Shown here: positions 50,500 through 62,032 of the stretch, one piece after another | Position numbering within the stretch: the first letter of the stretch is position 1 | Layout of the letters: each line of letters begins with the position of its first letter | Assembly (NCBI RefSeq): GCF_932526225.1 | Contig: NC_064039.1 | Coordinates: 6,193,459-6,257,458 of the forward strand | Length of the DNA stretch: 64,000 bases | Direction of reading: 5' to 3' | DNA from: Nematostella vectensis | Taxonomy: Eukaryota | Notes under the pieces: generated by a model | Databases searched by the model: none | What the model saw: the letters and a program-made list of their open reading frames with translations, nothing else | Told to the model about the DNA's origin: nothing | Program-made: the position numbers and the translations under genes

Positions 50500-53400
50500 A
50501 TGAATTTATTGCGAATAATTGTAACTTTGGCGACATTCGCGTGTGGCTCATACGCGGCTTTAGATGACGCCAAAAAACCTCCGCATATCATCATGGTGGT
50601 GGCAGATGATTTGGTAAGTCTCAAGCAATCATAGCAATCATAGTTAGCAATCATAGCAATCATAGCAATCATAGTTAGCAATCATAGCAATCATAGCAAT
50701 CATAGTTAGCAATCATAGCAATCATAGTTAGCAATCATAGCAATCATAGCAATCATAGTTAGCAATCATAGTTAGCAATCATAGCAATCATAGTTAGCAA
50801 TCATAGCGTAGGAGGCGCGCATTCTTCGTTAACTGGCAAAAATTCCTGGTTTTCTTATTGAAAAATTGCCAGTAAGGATCCAAGATTTACGACGGTTCAG
50901 ACTACAACGGCACACACCGAATATTTTAGAAATCTCGGGGAAATCTGACCTGTGCGCCGCCGGTTGACCCTCCTCCATCGTAAATCTTACGTTCATCAAT
51001 TGTAAATGACTCCGTTGATCACATACACATGACAGTGCGTTAAACACGTCATTATACCCTCGTGAGTACTCCCCATCATGTCACGTGATTTCTATGTTTA
51101 GGGCTGGGATGATATCAGCTTTCACGGCTCACCCCAGATCCCCACGCCAAACTTGGACGCGCTTGCAAACAGTGGCGTGATCTTGAATAACTACTACGTG
51201 TCTCCCATGGACACCCCGTCACGTGCGTCGTTCATGACGGGAAAGTACCCCATCCATATGGGTGTGCAACATGACACACTGCACAACAGGCAGCCCTTCG
51301 GGGTGCCGCTAACCGAGAAGTTTCTCCCGGAGTTTTTGAGAGAGATGGGCTACCAGACACATGCTGTCGGCAAGGTGAGGGCATGGTTTGAATATTAGTG
51401 ATTACCTGTGTGCGCCAGAAGCGCAATATAATCTCGATAACTTTAATAGTCGACAACAAAAATGGGAACTGTTTTTCTTTTTCTTGCGAGGACTCTATTT
51501 AGCGAGGGGATTACGGGGGTGGGCTTTCTTTGTTCATTCCGTATACTTTCTTTCTTTAGGATAAATGTATTTAGTAGCGGATCTAGGGGGAGGGTTTAGG
51601 GCTGCAATAAAGCAATATGTAACAAAAAAATTACCCCTCCCCCATTGTCACTGAGCCAAAACCCCTTCAGCGAAAAGCTAGATCCGCCCTTGATATTCAA
51701 TCTATTTTAATGCCCTTGCAACATTTCAAATGTAGCTTGTTCCTTTTTCGCCACATGACTATACCTCTTTTCAATATTTGTTGATTAAGCATAATAAATG
51801 ATCAAAATCCGGTTTCTAAGTTGTACTGACCGGTTTCTATCTTGACTTACAACAGTGGCAGCTGGGGTTCTTCGCCAAGGAGTACACGCCCACCTATAGG
51901 GGATTTGACTCGTTCTTCGGCTTCTGGACCTCCCATGAAGATTACTACAATCACGTGGCCAATGACGGCGGCTACGGCATCGACCTCAGGAGGAACTTGG
52001 ATGTGAGTAATGATCATGTGTCTCCAACAGCGTAAAACCTCCGAAATGTTCTGTCCCATTGACTACCCCAGGAAACTATACACATTATGCATTGATGCGC
52101 AAATTCTAATGCAAAAACCATACGCTATACTTATCCCTGTCTCACTGCCAGGTCGTGTATAACGAGACAGGCGTATACGGTACGGAGCTTCTCGCTCGAG
52201 AAGCCGACGAAGTAATCGAGAATCATTCGGGAGACAAGCCACTGTTCCTGTACCTAGCACATCAGGCTGTGCACGTCGGGAATATGGACGAGCCGCTCCA
52301 GGCCCCTAAGCGTCACGTGGACAAGTTTAAGTACATCACGGATGAACGCAGAAGGACATTCGCCGGTAATAGGCATTATGTAGATGGGATGTCCCGCGCT
52401 CTTTTGTCTTCCTCCCAAATGGGATGTTGGTGGGGCCCATTGCCCCCGCTTTGGCGTTCCTCCTCAAGGGGTTGTTTGTGGGGGCTTACAAGTTTTATCA
52501 CACTCCTTCCTTAACCCACGCGCTCGGGTTCAATGCACACAACAGCGTATGGATGGAGGACTCGCGTTAGTTTTCCACCTCTCACTCAAAAGAGGTTGAC
52601 AGTATGGGGGGGGGGGGGGGGTTCTTGTTCTCTGCGCCAGGGATCGACATCACACCCTATATTGTAGGCTCAAAATCCTCAAGAAACGCAGTCTATTAGT
52701 TCTGCATACAATTCTAAGGTACGCTAGAACAATCTTTACTTCCCAACTTCTCCTTATTCTTAAAGAATGTCGATTAACCACGCATTTGTTAATTTTTTTT
52801 ACAATTAAAAATACGACGTTTCATTTGCAAGAAAACTCCAAAATACCCATCCATGATTGAATTCTGATACTTTTTTTTAACGATATTTGATTAGTCAGTT
52901 TCTTGCTCGAATTAGCCGATAAAAATGGATTCTTTAAAGTAACTCGGTATTGTGAGGGAGCGTAAAATGGCGGCTTGATTGGCCCTCTTTAACCTGTCCT
53001 TCTTACCCTGTAGGAATGGTATCCTCCCTTGACGAATCCATGCGCCAGCTTGTAACATCACTCAAACGCAAAGGCTTGTACCAAAACTCCATAATTATCT
53101 TCACCACTGACAACGGTGGCGCCGCTGGTGGACTAGACATGAGCGCGGGCTCAAACTTTCCCCTGCGCGGTAACAAGAACACCCTGTGGGAGGGTGGGGT
53201 GCGTGGTGTGGCATTTGTCCACAGTCCTCTTATCAAGAGACCCGGTAAGATTGTTAACGAGTTAACTTTTTTTTTGCCCATCTCATCGTTGTCCTATGAA
53301 GTATAGACATGTGCGTGACTTGTGGTAGTTTGGTAGGGGTTGGTGGGGCATCCGTTGTGAAGTTTCTTTAGACGCTTTTAATTAGTCACATGATTGACGT

Positions 53401-56023
53401 TGTCCGCGAATGACAGCAAATCGAAATGTGCTCAGTAGACCAGGAAAATAATAATAACTTCATTCGCAAAGGAGCGGTACACTTATTAAACGCCTCTATA
53501 CTATAATTGATTTGTTCAAGATCACTACAGCTATTAGTTGTTTGATACCATAAGCGTATTTTCTTGTTTACTTTCTGTCTATGCTGAATTTCAATCACTC
53601 TCATGCATGATCTTTTGTTCCATTCAGGTCGAGTCTATGACGGGCTGATGCACGCTAGCGATTGGCTGCCTACTCTTCACCTATTGGCCGGCGGGAGTCC
53701 TAAACTCCTCGGCCAGATTGATGGCTACGACCTTTGGGATGGCATCTCAAAGGGAACCCCCAGCCCTCGATACGAGGTCCTCCACGGAATAGACACCATG
53801 CAAGGCAACCGCGCCGCGCTCCGTGTGGGAGACTACAAAGTCATCCTGAACCAAGATCTTAAGTTCTACAGCGACTGGTACAAACGCCCTGAGGGAGAAC
53901 ACGAGCTAGATTACATCCGTAAGCCTAGGCTGCTAAGCAACGCTACTGTAGATTGCACCATTAAGTCTCCTCACCCCTTGCTTTATACGCATGCGCCGTT
54001 GTGCAACCCCCAGAAAAAGCCCTGTTTGTTTAATATTAAGTGGGATCCCTGTGAGTACCATAATCTTGCCGCGTTCATGCCTAACACCCTCAAGGTCTTG
54101 CTGGATCGCTTGAAGTTTTACGCAGAGGGAATGAAGCCTGTCATCTATCCGCGGGCTGATGACTTGGCAAATCCAGACCGGCTGGGTGGAGTATGGACTC
54201 CGTGGAAAGACGACCCTAATATCCCTAACACTGAGCACGACTACATTTATCCTCTCAGCTACGAGGACCAGGCGACTAACGCGTCGGGCTGGATCATGAA
54301 CAAGAACTTACGTAAGTTCATGAGTGATCAAATTACCAAGAAGCTAGTGTTCGCCAACACAAGTCAAAGTAATAAGGCGGCGGATAAGGTCCAAAGTGCT
54401 ACGAATGTCGTGTCGGTTATGAGCGCACCCCCTGCTTACGTACCTCCGACGTCTGCTCCACCCGCGCAGACACAAGTAACAGATACATATAGTACACCTG
54501 CGCAGACACAAGTAACAGATACATATAGTACACCTGCACAGACAACAGAAACACAGAACTACAATGCACCTGTTGAAACAACGCAGTCTCCAGAAACAAC
54601 CGTTCCGTACAATGCCGAAATGCACACGACAGATTCATATCAAACTACAGAAGCAAACGACCGACAGTCACAAACCACAGAGGCGAACACACCTCCGTCA
54701 CAAACTACAGAGGCGTACACACCTCCGGCACAAACTACAGAGGCGAACACACCTCCGGCACAAACTACAGAGGCGAACACACCTCCGGTACAAACTACAG
54801 AATCATACAACACACCAACAGAGACCACAGCTCTTCCTTATCAAGAAACGTCTACTGAATCCTCCACAACAGCTCAACCGACACAGCCCCCTACTTTCGC
54901 GCCAAGTATCGCACCCACACAGCCGCCCACGCCTAAACCGCCAACGACTGAACCCAACTTTGATATCAAAGTTGACTTTGGTCAGCAGCAGAGCGTTGCG
55001 AACGCCGGCGGTGATCTACTTAAACCTGTCGTTCCAAGTCCATCTAATCCCGCCTTGCCCAACTTGGGCGACACATTTATGAACACTGCGTCTAGTACAC
55101 AGATCCAGGAGGTGTCTAAAGTGGAGAAACCTTTCCATGCAATGTCGAAGGTCTATCCATTCTCAGCAGATCAGCTGGAGAAGCAGGAGAGTAAGGTTCC
55201 AGAGATTCTGGACATTATAGACGAGAGCAAGAGCGCAGCTAAGCAAGTGGGCGAAACTGCGAATGGTCAAGCAAGCATCCCTAAGATCTTTGATATCATT
55301 GATGAGATGCACAACAATAAGACCACTGCGGGCGTTAAGGGGCCAACAGCAACTAGCAAACCACTGACCATCAGCGACGTGGGTTCAGGCATGGGAGTAG
55401 GCCTTAACAAGCTTCCAAATGGTATCTCTGTGTTCGGTAAACTTGGCGACAAGTTACTGAACAACAGGCCGTCCTCTATCGCCAGACCAACCAAGAACTA
55501 CGTCTATCCAAAGCCTACACAGGCGGCAGATGTACATCGCCCGCATACCTTCTTTGGCAACATCACTATCGAAGGCCGCACTTACTTCGTTGTCGGAAGC
55601 GAAAGTGATGAGCTAGCGATGGTCAAAACTAAACTTGTCGGCGACAAAATCGTCGTGCACGTCCCTAAGGACGCCGCATCCGAGACAGGCCGCGGTAAAT
55701 CCAGAATCGTCAACGAGAAACACCACGGTTACAGCTCTATGAAAGATTACATAGAGGACGGCGATGATGATGATGATGACGTCACCGACAAGAAACCGCT
55801 GGTCAAATCTCTGGCGGCGCACAACATCACGACTGTGCCGTACAATGGCGCAAATGGCACCAAGTGTGAGAAGGTGGTGCAGCTAGACACCTCTGATAAC
55901 GCTGTCGTGGTGTCTTCTGTTGTAATTGTGGTCATTGCATCGGCGATGGTTGTGGGTGTGGCTGTGGTTGCCATGGTAGCGGTGGTGGCTAGGCATTGTC
56001 AGAATGCGAGGCGCGAGAGTTAA
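50500..56023 (+). CDS. Arylsulfatase-B-like protein with a signal peptide, mucin-like Thr/Pro repeat stalk and C-terminal transmembrane anchor (about 1124 aa); exons 50500-50613, 51102-51374, 51856-52002, 52152-52365, 53014-53244, 53628-56023
   Basis: The hand-spliced protein is [38 protein letters not shown]|[58 protein letters not shown]...GYQTHAVGK|[23 protein letters not shown]...|...[82 protein letters not shown]...[47 protein letters not shown]... It is colinear with human ARSB ([103 protein letters not shown]). All junctions are GT/AG and the phases 0,0,0,1,1 close. The large last exon continues into ([12 protein letters not shown])x2 and ([10 protein letters not shown])x5 repeats, a DDDDDD tract, then [39 protein letters not shown]. 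Confidence 0.88.
50620..50810. repeat. Short-unit tandem repeat (agcaatcat / agttagcaatcat)n in arylsulfatase intron 1
   Basis: The tandem copies are directly visible. Confidence 0.9.
54470..54830 (+). repeat. Coding tandem repeats inside the arylsulfatase last exon (36-bp x2, then 30-bp cacctccggcacaaactacagaggcgaaca x~5)
   Basis: The repeats encode [12 protein letters not shown] x2 and TTEA(N/Y)TPP(A/S/V)Q x5. This is a mucin-like O-glycosylation stalk. Confidence 0.85.
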
Positions 56024-59000
56024 TTCACAGGGATCCCACATGTTTCTAAACATGATTTGATGGCTGCATGGAACCGTAAAAAACTTTTGATTTTACACGG
56101 ATTTATAAACCATGTAGCTAGTTTTTAATTGGAACTAAAGAATAGATAAGATATACACTAAAATTATATTTTGTAATTTAAAGTGGCGAGCTCTTGTAGT
56201 TTGGCAATTATTTCGATTATTTTTTTGTACAAAACTATTCTCTCCCGATATTGATTTTAATATACTCATTAAATTCTGTTTGTCAGATATTTAAAAGGAG
56301 CCTGATATAGACTGCTAGTAGTTGTGAAAAATTCATAGACACTGTTTATAACTAATTATAGTAGCATTGTGTTTTTAAACTTTTCAATTTCAACGTGTGT
56401 AATCAAGGTAGACGGCAATGGGATTTCTCGTGGCGACGGAACTCCATATAAGGGATATAACTAAGACGGTATTTTCAAGAGCCTTTTATAGCCGCCATTT
56501 TGTCATCCTAAAAAAATGCCAAGTGTGAAAAAGAATCCATCTTCCTTGGCTGATCTTTGCTTTAAGGTGTTTTTGACAAAGGCTAATGGTCATTCCCTTG
56601 ACAGGAAATGCGAATAAGTCTGTTAGATCAATATCGACAATGGTCATCATAACTAATAATAGTCCATTGATATTATTACTAATGTCATTTACTTTTCAAG
56701 TTATGATTTTAAATTTGATTCTTCTGTTAGGAGCTGATTCTAATAATAAATTTATCAAACTAGAAAATAGTTGTACAGACATTTCAAAAGAGCAATAAAC
56801 GCCATAGAATTTTAGCCAAAGTTTATCATACGTCAGCATAAGTCACATAAGCTTGACTTATATAATTTGGCCCTGTGACCAACTTAAACCCAAGTTGTGT
56901 AAAGTTTAACATTTTTTTATTATATGTCTACGATAGTACGCGCGTAGTGATTGGCTAATTGGTAGTCGTTGCCCTACGAAAAAAAAATCACAATCTTCTG
57001 TTTGTTGATTTTTTTACCACCTTCAAACTGCAAAATGAGCAACAGCGAACATTCGTAAAGCCTCGGTCGATACGCCAGAGCCTCAGTTTGATATTCCCCG
57101 GCATGACCTCACTCTCGGTTAGTAAGTAGTTAATAAATGAATAGATTTATCCCTGGTGCTTCAAACGAAAGGCTAATGTGAGCCTTTTTTGGTTGAACCC
57201 TTTTTCAAATCCCATACCCGTTACTAAAATCCCGTTCTAAGTAACCCAAATAGTCTTTTTGTGGCAAACATGAAATCGAGTCCACCACGACCCTGTTTGA
57301 AAAGGCGTAGCCTCGTTCCCAGTCTCCCTTTACGCTGCGCGACGTTAGGGACGTCTCAAAGGGACATCAGGTTCGTCGGCTTCCCAAGCAGTGTCAGTGT
57401 CAGCGGTCAGCGCTTTAACAATTCGCCATTGACCACGTGACCACGCTGCTTTATGGAACCTTAGCAAGAGATGACAAAGGAGAAGTCTGGGGACGAGGCT
57501 AGGCAAGGCAAGGTGCCTTGCTTGAGACGGACTCTCCGTGTTTGATTAGAAAACCCGTATTGAGCGTAATTTGAGTTGCGCGTGACGCCCGAACTGTCCA
57601 CTACGCGCTAGCCGAAAAGTGCTCGATTAAGAAAAATCTATATTTTACTACATACAATCAGTCAAATTCGATAGTGCGGTACGCGGGTTCGGTAATAATA
57701 CATTTCTGCCGATGGAATGTAATGATAGAGGCAGAAATGTTTATTTTGACGGCATGTGAATAACACGTGGGAATGTGAAGAGTGCAGTATGGGTATGAGT
57801 ATATAAAGGGAGACATAGCGTGCTAGTGCCACTCTAGCCAGCTCCCCTGTTTAAGCCATATTGACTTTTGCTAATTTTTTTTGTGTATATTATTTTTTTT
57901 TTAACTTTTTTATTCGGCTCTTAAGCCCCGAGAGCACGCAATGCTGAGCATTGGTTCAGGGAACACGGTCCAGAGTTTTTCCCCACAGGGTTTTTATCTC
58001 TGGTTTACGTGTCCGGCTCAGTATTAACTTCTTGTACATATAAATTAGGTGATTATAATATTTCACCTTTTCAGATTGTAATTGTATTGGAAATTCAGCA
58101 GTGTTTACTGCTTGTCAGATTGTTTTGCATTGTAATGTCCATTCAGCAGTGATTACTGCTAGCTGGGCGCTGGCTACATATCCAAAATAAACAGGAGTTC
58201 TCCTGAATTGTGTTTGTTGTAAAATGTTATGAAATGGAGGCAAAATTGTGGCTCCATGCGATTTTCGTGCTGAAATCGATTCTTTTTTGCTGTTTTAGAT
58301 CCAATATGGAGTGAATAATCAGAATTGGGTCACGGCTCTTTCCAACAGGCTGGGTTGGGGCCAAATTTTTTGGTCGCGTTTTGGAATTATGCTAATTTAT
58401 GCATGCTTTAAGAGATAATAACCCGACAACTTTTGAGATTAAATCGAGCAAACTACCTTATACAAATAGTTTTTATCCTCTCATCTTGCTAAAAAATTGC
58501 AAAATTTAACAAAAAATTGGTTTCCATGGCAACTAGCGATGACGTGATAATTCCAATTTAGGTTCGTTTAGCCATGGAGCTGGTTCAGCGGAGACATATT
58601 CTTGTTACGAATAATTACAGTTTTCTCTAAACACGAAGAACGTGGTTTAAAAGTGAAGGTTGTGAAGGCCTTACTTAAACCCTTACCCTTACCCTTACCC
58701 TCGCCCCATAACCCCTCCCTACAACGTAGAGCCAAAAATGAAAACACCACCCCATAGCCTTGTATAGTTCTTTGTATACATTTGCCTTTAGAGCAAAAAT
58801 AACACAGCTGTTTTCGATTACAACCTTATTTGTAACACAGAGGCAATGACTAATAATTTAATTCACACATTTTTTTTTCGTTTAATGGAAATAAACAAAA
58901 TCACGATAGGCGGATGCGCAGTGTCTGTCGTCTATTGACCGACGAACTTATCATAAATGAAGTGGAACTTCTTTATTTCAAGCACAAACCCATCCTCTCA

Positions 59001-59219
59001 GTTCTTTTTCACCTCCTAATAAATGTGACTTTTACTTCTCGTTTTTGATGGGTGACGTCGCACATGTTGGCGATAAGGGTTAGAATTTGAATTCTTCCTG
59101 GTTCTTATATGACCAACCATAAGACCACGTTCCCGGAGGAGCAGTCTTGGTTGGCGTCACATGCCTGCAATTCATTATTTCGCAGAGCTCTATGAAATAG
59201 CCTTCATACATGTTTTATT

Positions 59220-60800
59220 ATGTTTATTGTTGTTTTGCTGTTTTTGTTATGTATATACTACGTGTTATTTCTACCCTTTAGCCATTTCAGCATGTCTTTT
59301 ACCTCATCTCGCTGTCACGAACTTTTAGCTATCAAAAGTAGTCTTCATATACCCCATCATATCTACATTTCTGTTTTTTTTTTTTACAAGTGGCGCATCA
59401 ATTTCCCTATCACCACTTTAGTTATTACACACCCCGCTCACTCTGTCCCGCACCCGCCCCCTTTTCCCCTTCTCCGCATTGTTTCCCTTAAACCGGAGCA
59501 ACGCGTTTACACAACCATTCTTCAATCTCTATTATTGTTTCACTAACTTGTCAATCCTACTACATCTCATCGCCTCACTAGCCACATGCCTCCACACTTT
59601 CTTCATTTTCATCAGCAACCACCCACTGATTATACCCTCAATCACCTTTTTTTCATATCCCGCATTAAACTTTTTTTTAACCCCTACACATCACAAAACA
59701 TTTTTATCCACACTATTAAGTTATATTACACTATCCTGCCTTCCACGTTATGTGGTCTCTTGTTGTCTCCCTTATCACATTGCACTACGACCATCACACA
59801 TTAATTTCCATCACCTCTCCTCACGTCCGCCCCATACATACACTCGCCGCTATTCACCGCTCACCGCCTATTTACAGTCGTTTGACAAAACGTTGTCGTC
59901 AACCGGCTTCACGACTACGCGACAAGCCCGCATGTAAGCATGAGTACCGCGTCCAGTTCTGAAGTTATGCAATAGCTTATATATGCAGCTAGGCGCTTGT
60001 GGGTTTTACCCATGCTTGCATTACGGGCTTGTCGCTTTGTCGCGAAGCCAGTTGACGACAACTTTTTGTCAAACGACGGTTGATCTCACCGCATCACCAT
60101 TTATTGTTATCACTATCATTACTACAAGTACCCAGGATTTTTCTGGGTTGTTGCAAAATCTGAAAAAGTTTTCTAATAAAAATCCCGTATCTCGATGTTT
60201 ATTAAATCTACAATCTCACTTCCGCCTTCTCGCAATCCTTCTACCCCCATGGCCTCTCTTTCTATCCACACTGCTACCACACAAACATAAATCCCCCACA
60301 TTTGACCACATCCTACTCAATTACCTTCCCACCTCCCTATCTTGTCCTTTTCCCGCCTTTTTATCATTCTTCTTTACCTTTCATGAAACATCTTGCTTGT
60401 CTAACCTCCCTTCAGACATTCACCTCAACATTTCTCTAATCCTCGCATTAAACTCTAAACTCCAAAAACAACATTATACTCTAGACACAACACACCTCCT
60501 AACTACTCTCCTTTATACATTACCTATACACCTTAATCCCTCTCCACCTCGTACTTATCTCTTCTGTCTTCACATATATACAAACACACCGTCCACACGT
60601 TATCCCAGGCACCTTTCATATCAAACCCCCCACAACAATCTCCCTTATTCATTCCGCTCAAGCGTACACTCCTAATAGACTTACACACCCTTATCTCCCA
60701 CACTATAACAACCTTCTCACCCTTGCTTTATCTTTTCACCACCGTTAACCAAACACACACTTTGTTCAACCTTTCTGTCACATTTTATTTCCATCCCCAC
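59220..60800. repeat. Pyrimidine-rich (C/T) low-complexity tract
   Basis: The strong CT bias produces several spurious long plus-strand ORFs rich in L/S/P/F/H. No domain signal is present. Confidence 0.5.
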
Positions 60801-61951
60801 TATTTTCGCCACTACATCACCAGGAGAAAAGAATTTTGGGAGGAGAATTATTTTCGAAAGCTTCTATGATAGATATAATTATGTTTGTCAAATCCAAGAC
60901 GTCAATTTTATTGACAAGCATGATTGCAATGGTGACTTATTTAATGTCATTGATAATAAACATGAAGGACATCTACATAGCGATGTTTGGTTACTTAGCT
61001 GCAAAAATGGCCGAGTAATTAAGCAAAAGATATATCTGCATAAATTAACATAGATTATGAGAAATTACTTCAAAAATGTATCAAAACGCGGTCTGAAAAT
61101 TTGACCTCCACCAGAATCTGATTTTTCACTCCATGATAGACCCAAAACAGCAAAAAAAAAAAAAATCAATTTCAGCACAAAAATCGCACAGGATTACACC
61201 CCGCACCACTTCCAGGAGCCGACTGGAGGGAAGTTTGTTTTTCATTTGCGGCTATTTTTCTGTGCTTTTTAGTCAACTTTCTTTGTTCGATTTTTTTTTC
61301 AACAGATTTTGACTCAGATGTCTTCCCTCCTCCTTACGGCCTCCTCAGACCGCTGTCACGCGAAACGCTTTGCGTTACAAAATGCAGTCGAGAAAATCGA
61401 GCTCGCCACAGGAAACCCAAACCTTGATAACAACCGGCAGGTTTTCAGACCTTGACTAATAAATAAATGAACAAGAAATATATCATATAAATGAATAAAC
61501 AGGCACTTCCTCGCTGGTAGATTCGCATTGTACTCTGTACTAAAAGTCTGTTTCAGGGTCTTTTCAAAGCTAACAGAATGTTTTACAGTTAATATGTTTT
61601 TTTTTATACGGATTGAAGAAAATATTTTTTCTATAAAATGTCGGTAAAACGAATGTCGCCTAAGCGAACGAACAGTCAAGATAATAAAAAAGTTGAACTC
61701 AATACATTGATGCATATTCAGTTGACATTCGACGGCTGTTTTCGAGGGGTTCGAGTACAAAACGCGGCTAGCGAGAGGAATACCTAAAAAAATATGCAGT
61801 ATCACTGAAGAAAAACAGTTTCTCACACTCGTGCACATTATAAAGTTATTTGCTTCAATCTTTACGATAATTGAAGCATCAAGTAATTTACTTCGTTTAT
61901 TGTAACACGCATGGTAGACTAAAGTTTTTTCACCGGTACAAATTGTCTGAA

Positions 61952-62023
61952 GCCGTGATCGTATAGTGGTTAGTACATTGCGTTGTGGCCGCAATAACCC
62001 AGGTTCGAATCCTGGTCACGGCA
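61952..62023 (+). tRNA. tRNA-His (anticodon GTG), 72 nt
   Basis: The sequence is GCCGTGATCGTATAGTGGTTAGTACATTGCGTTGTGGCCGCAATAACCCAGGTTCGAATCCTGGTCACGGCA. It has the canonical cloverleaf and is near-identical in the stems to metazoan tRNA-His-GTG. The anticodon loop is cgtTGTGgcc (reading ..T-GTG-G..). No 5' G-1 is encoded, as expected for eukaryotic tRNA-His. A T-run follows. Confidence 0.9.
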
Positions 62024-62032
62024 CTTTTTTTT
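62024..62032 (+). terminator. Pol III terminator T-run (cTTTTTTTTT) immediately 3' of tRNA-His
   Basis: A run of at least 8 T residues lies directly after the discriminator base. Confidence 0.8.

Noticed and set aside
58683-58710. (CCCTTA)3-4 telomere-like hexamer run
   Set aside because: The array is very short and internal. The unit is CCCTTA/TAAGGG rather than the canonical metazoan TTAGGG/CCCTAA.
59220-60675. Several long plus-strand ORFs (up to 230 aa)
   Set aside because: The region is pyrimidine-rich and low-complexity. The ORFs have extreme L/S/P/F/H composition, overlap each other in different frames and contain no motifs.
61356-61994. 212-aa minus-strand ORF
   Set aside because: It lies in AT-rich sequence with no domain signal, and it runs antisense across the tRNA-His gene. 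It is most likely spurious. The ORF track also uses non-ATG starts, as shown by TTG starts elsewhere.
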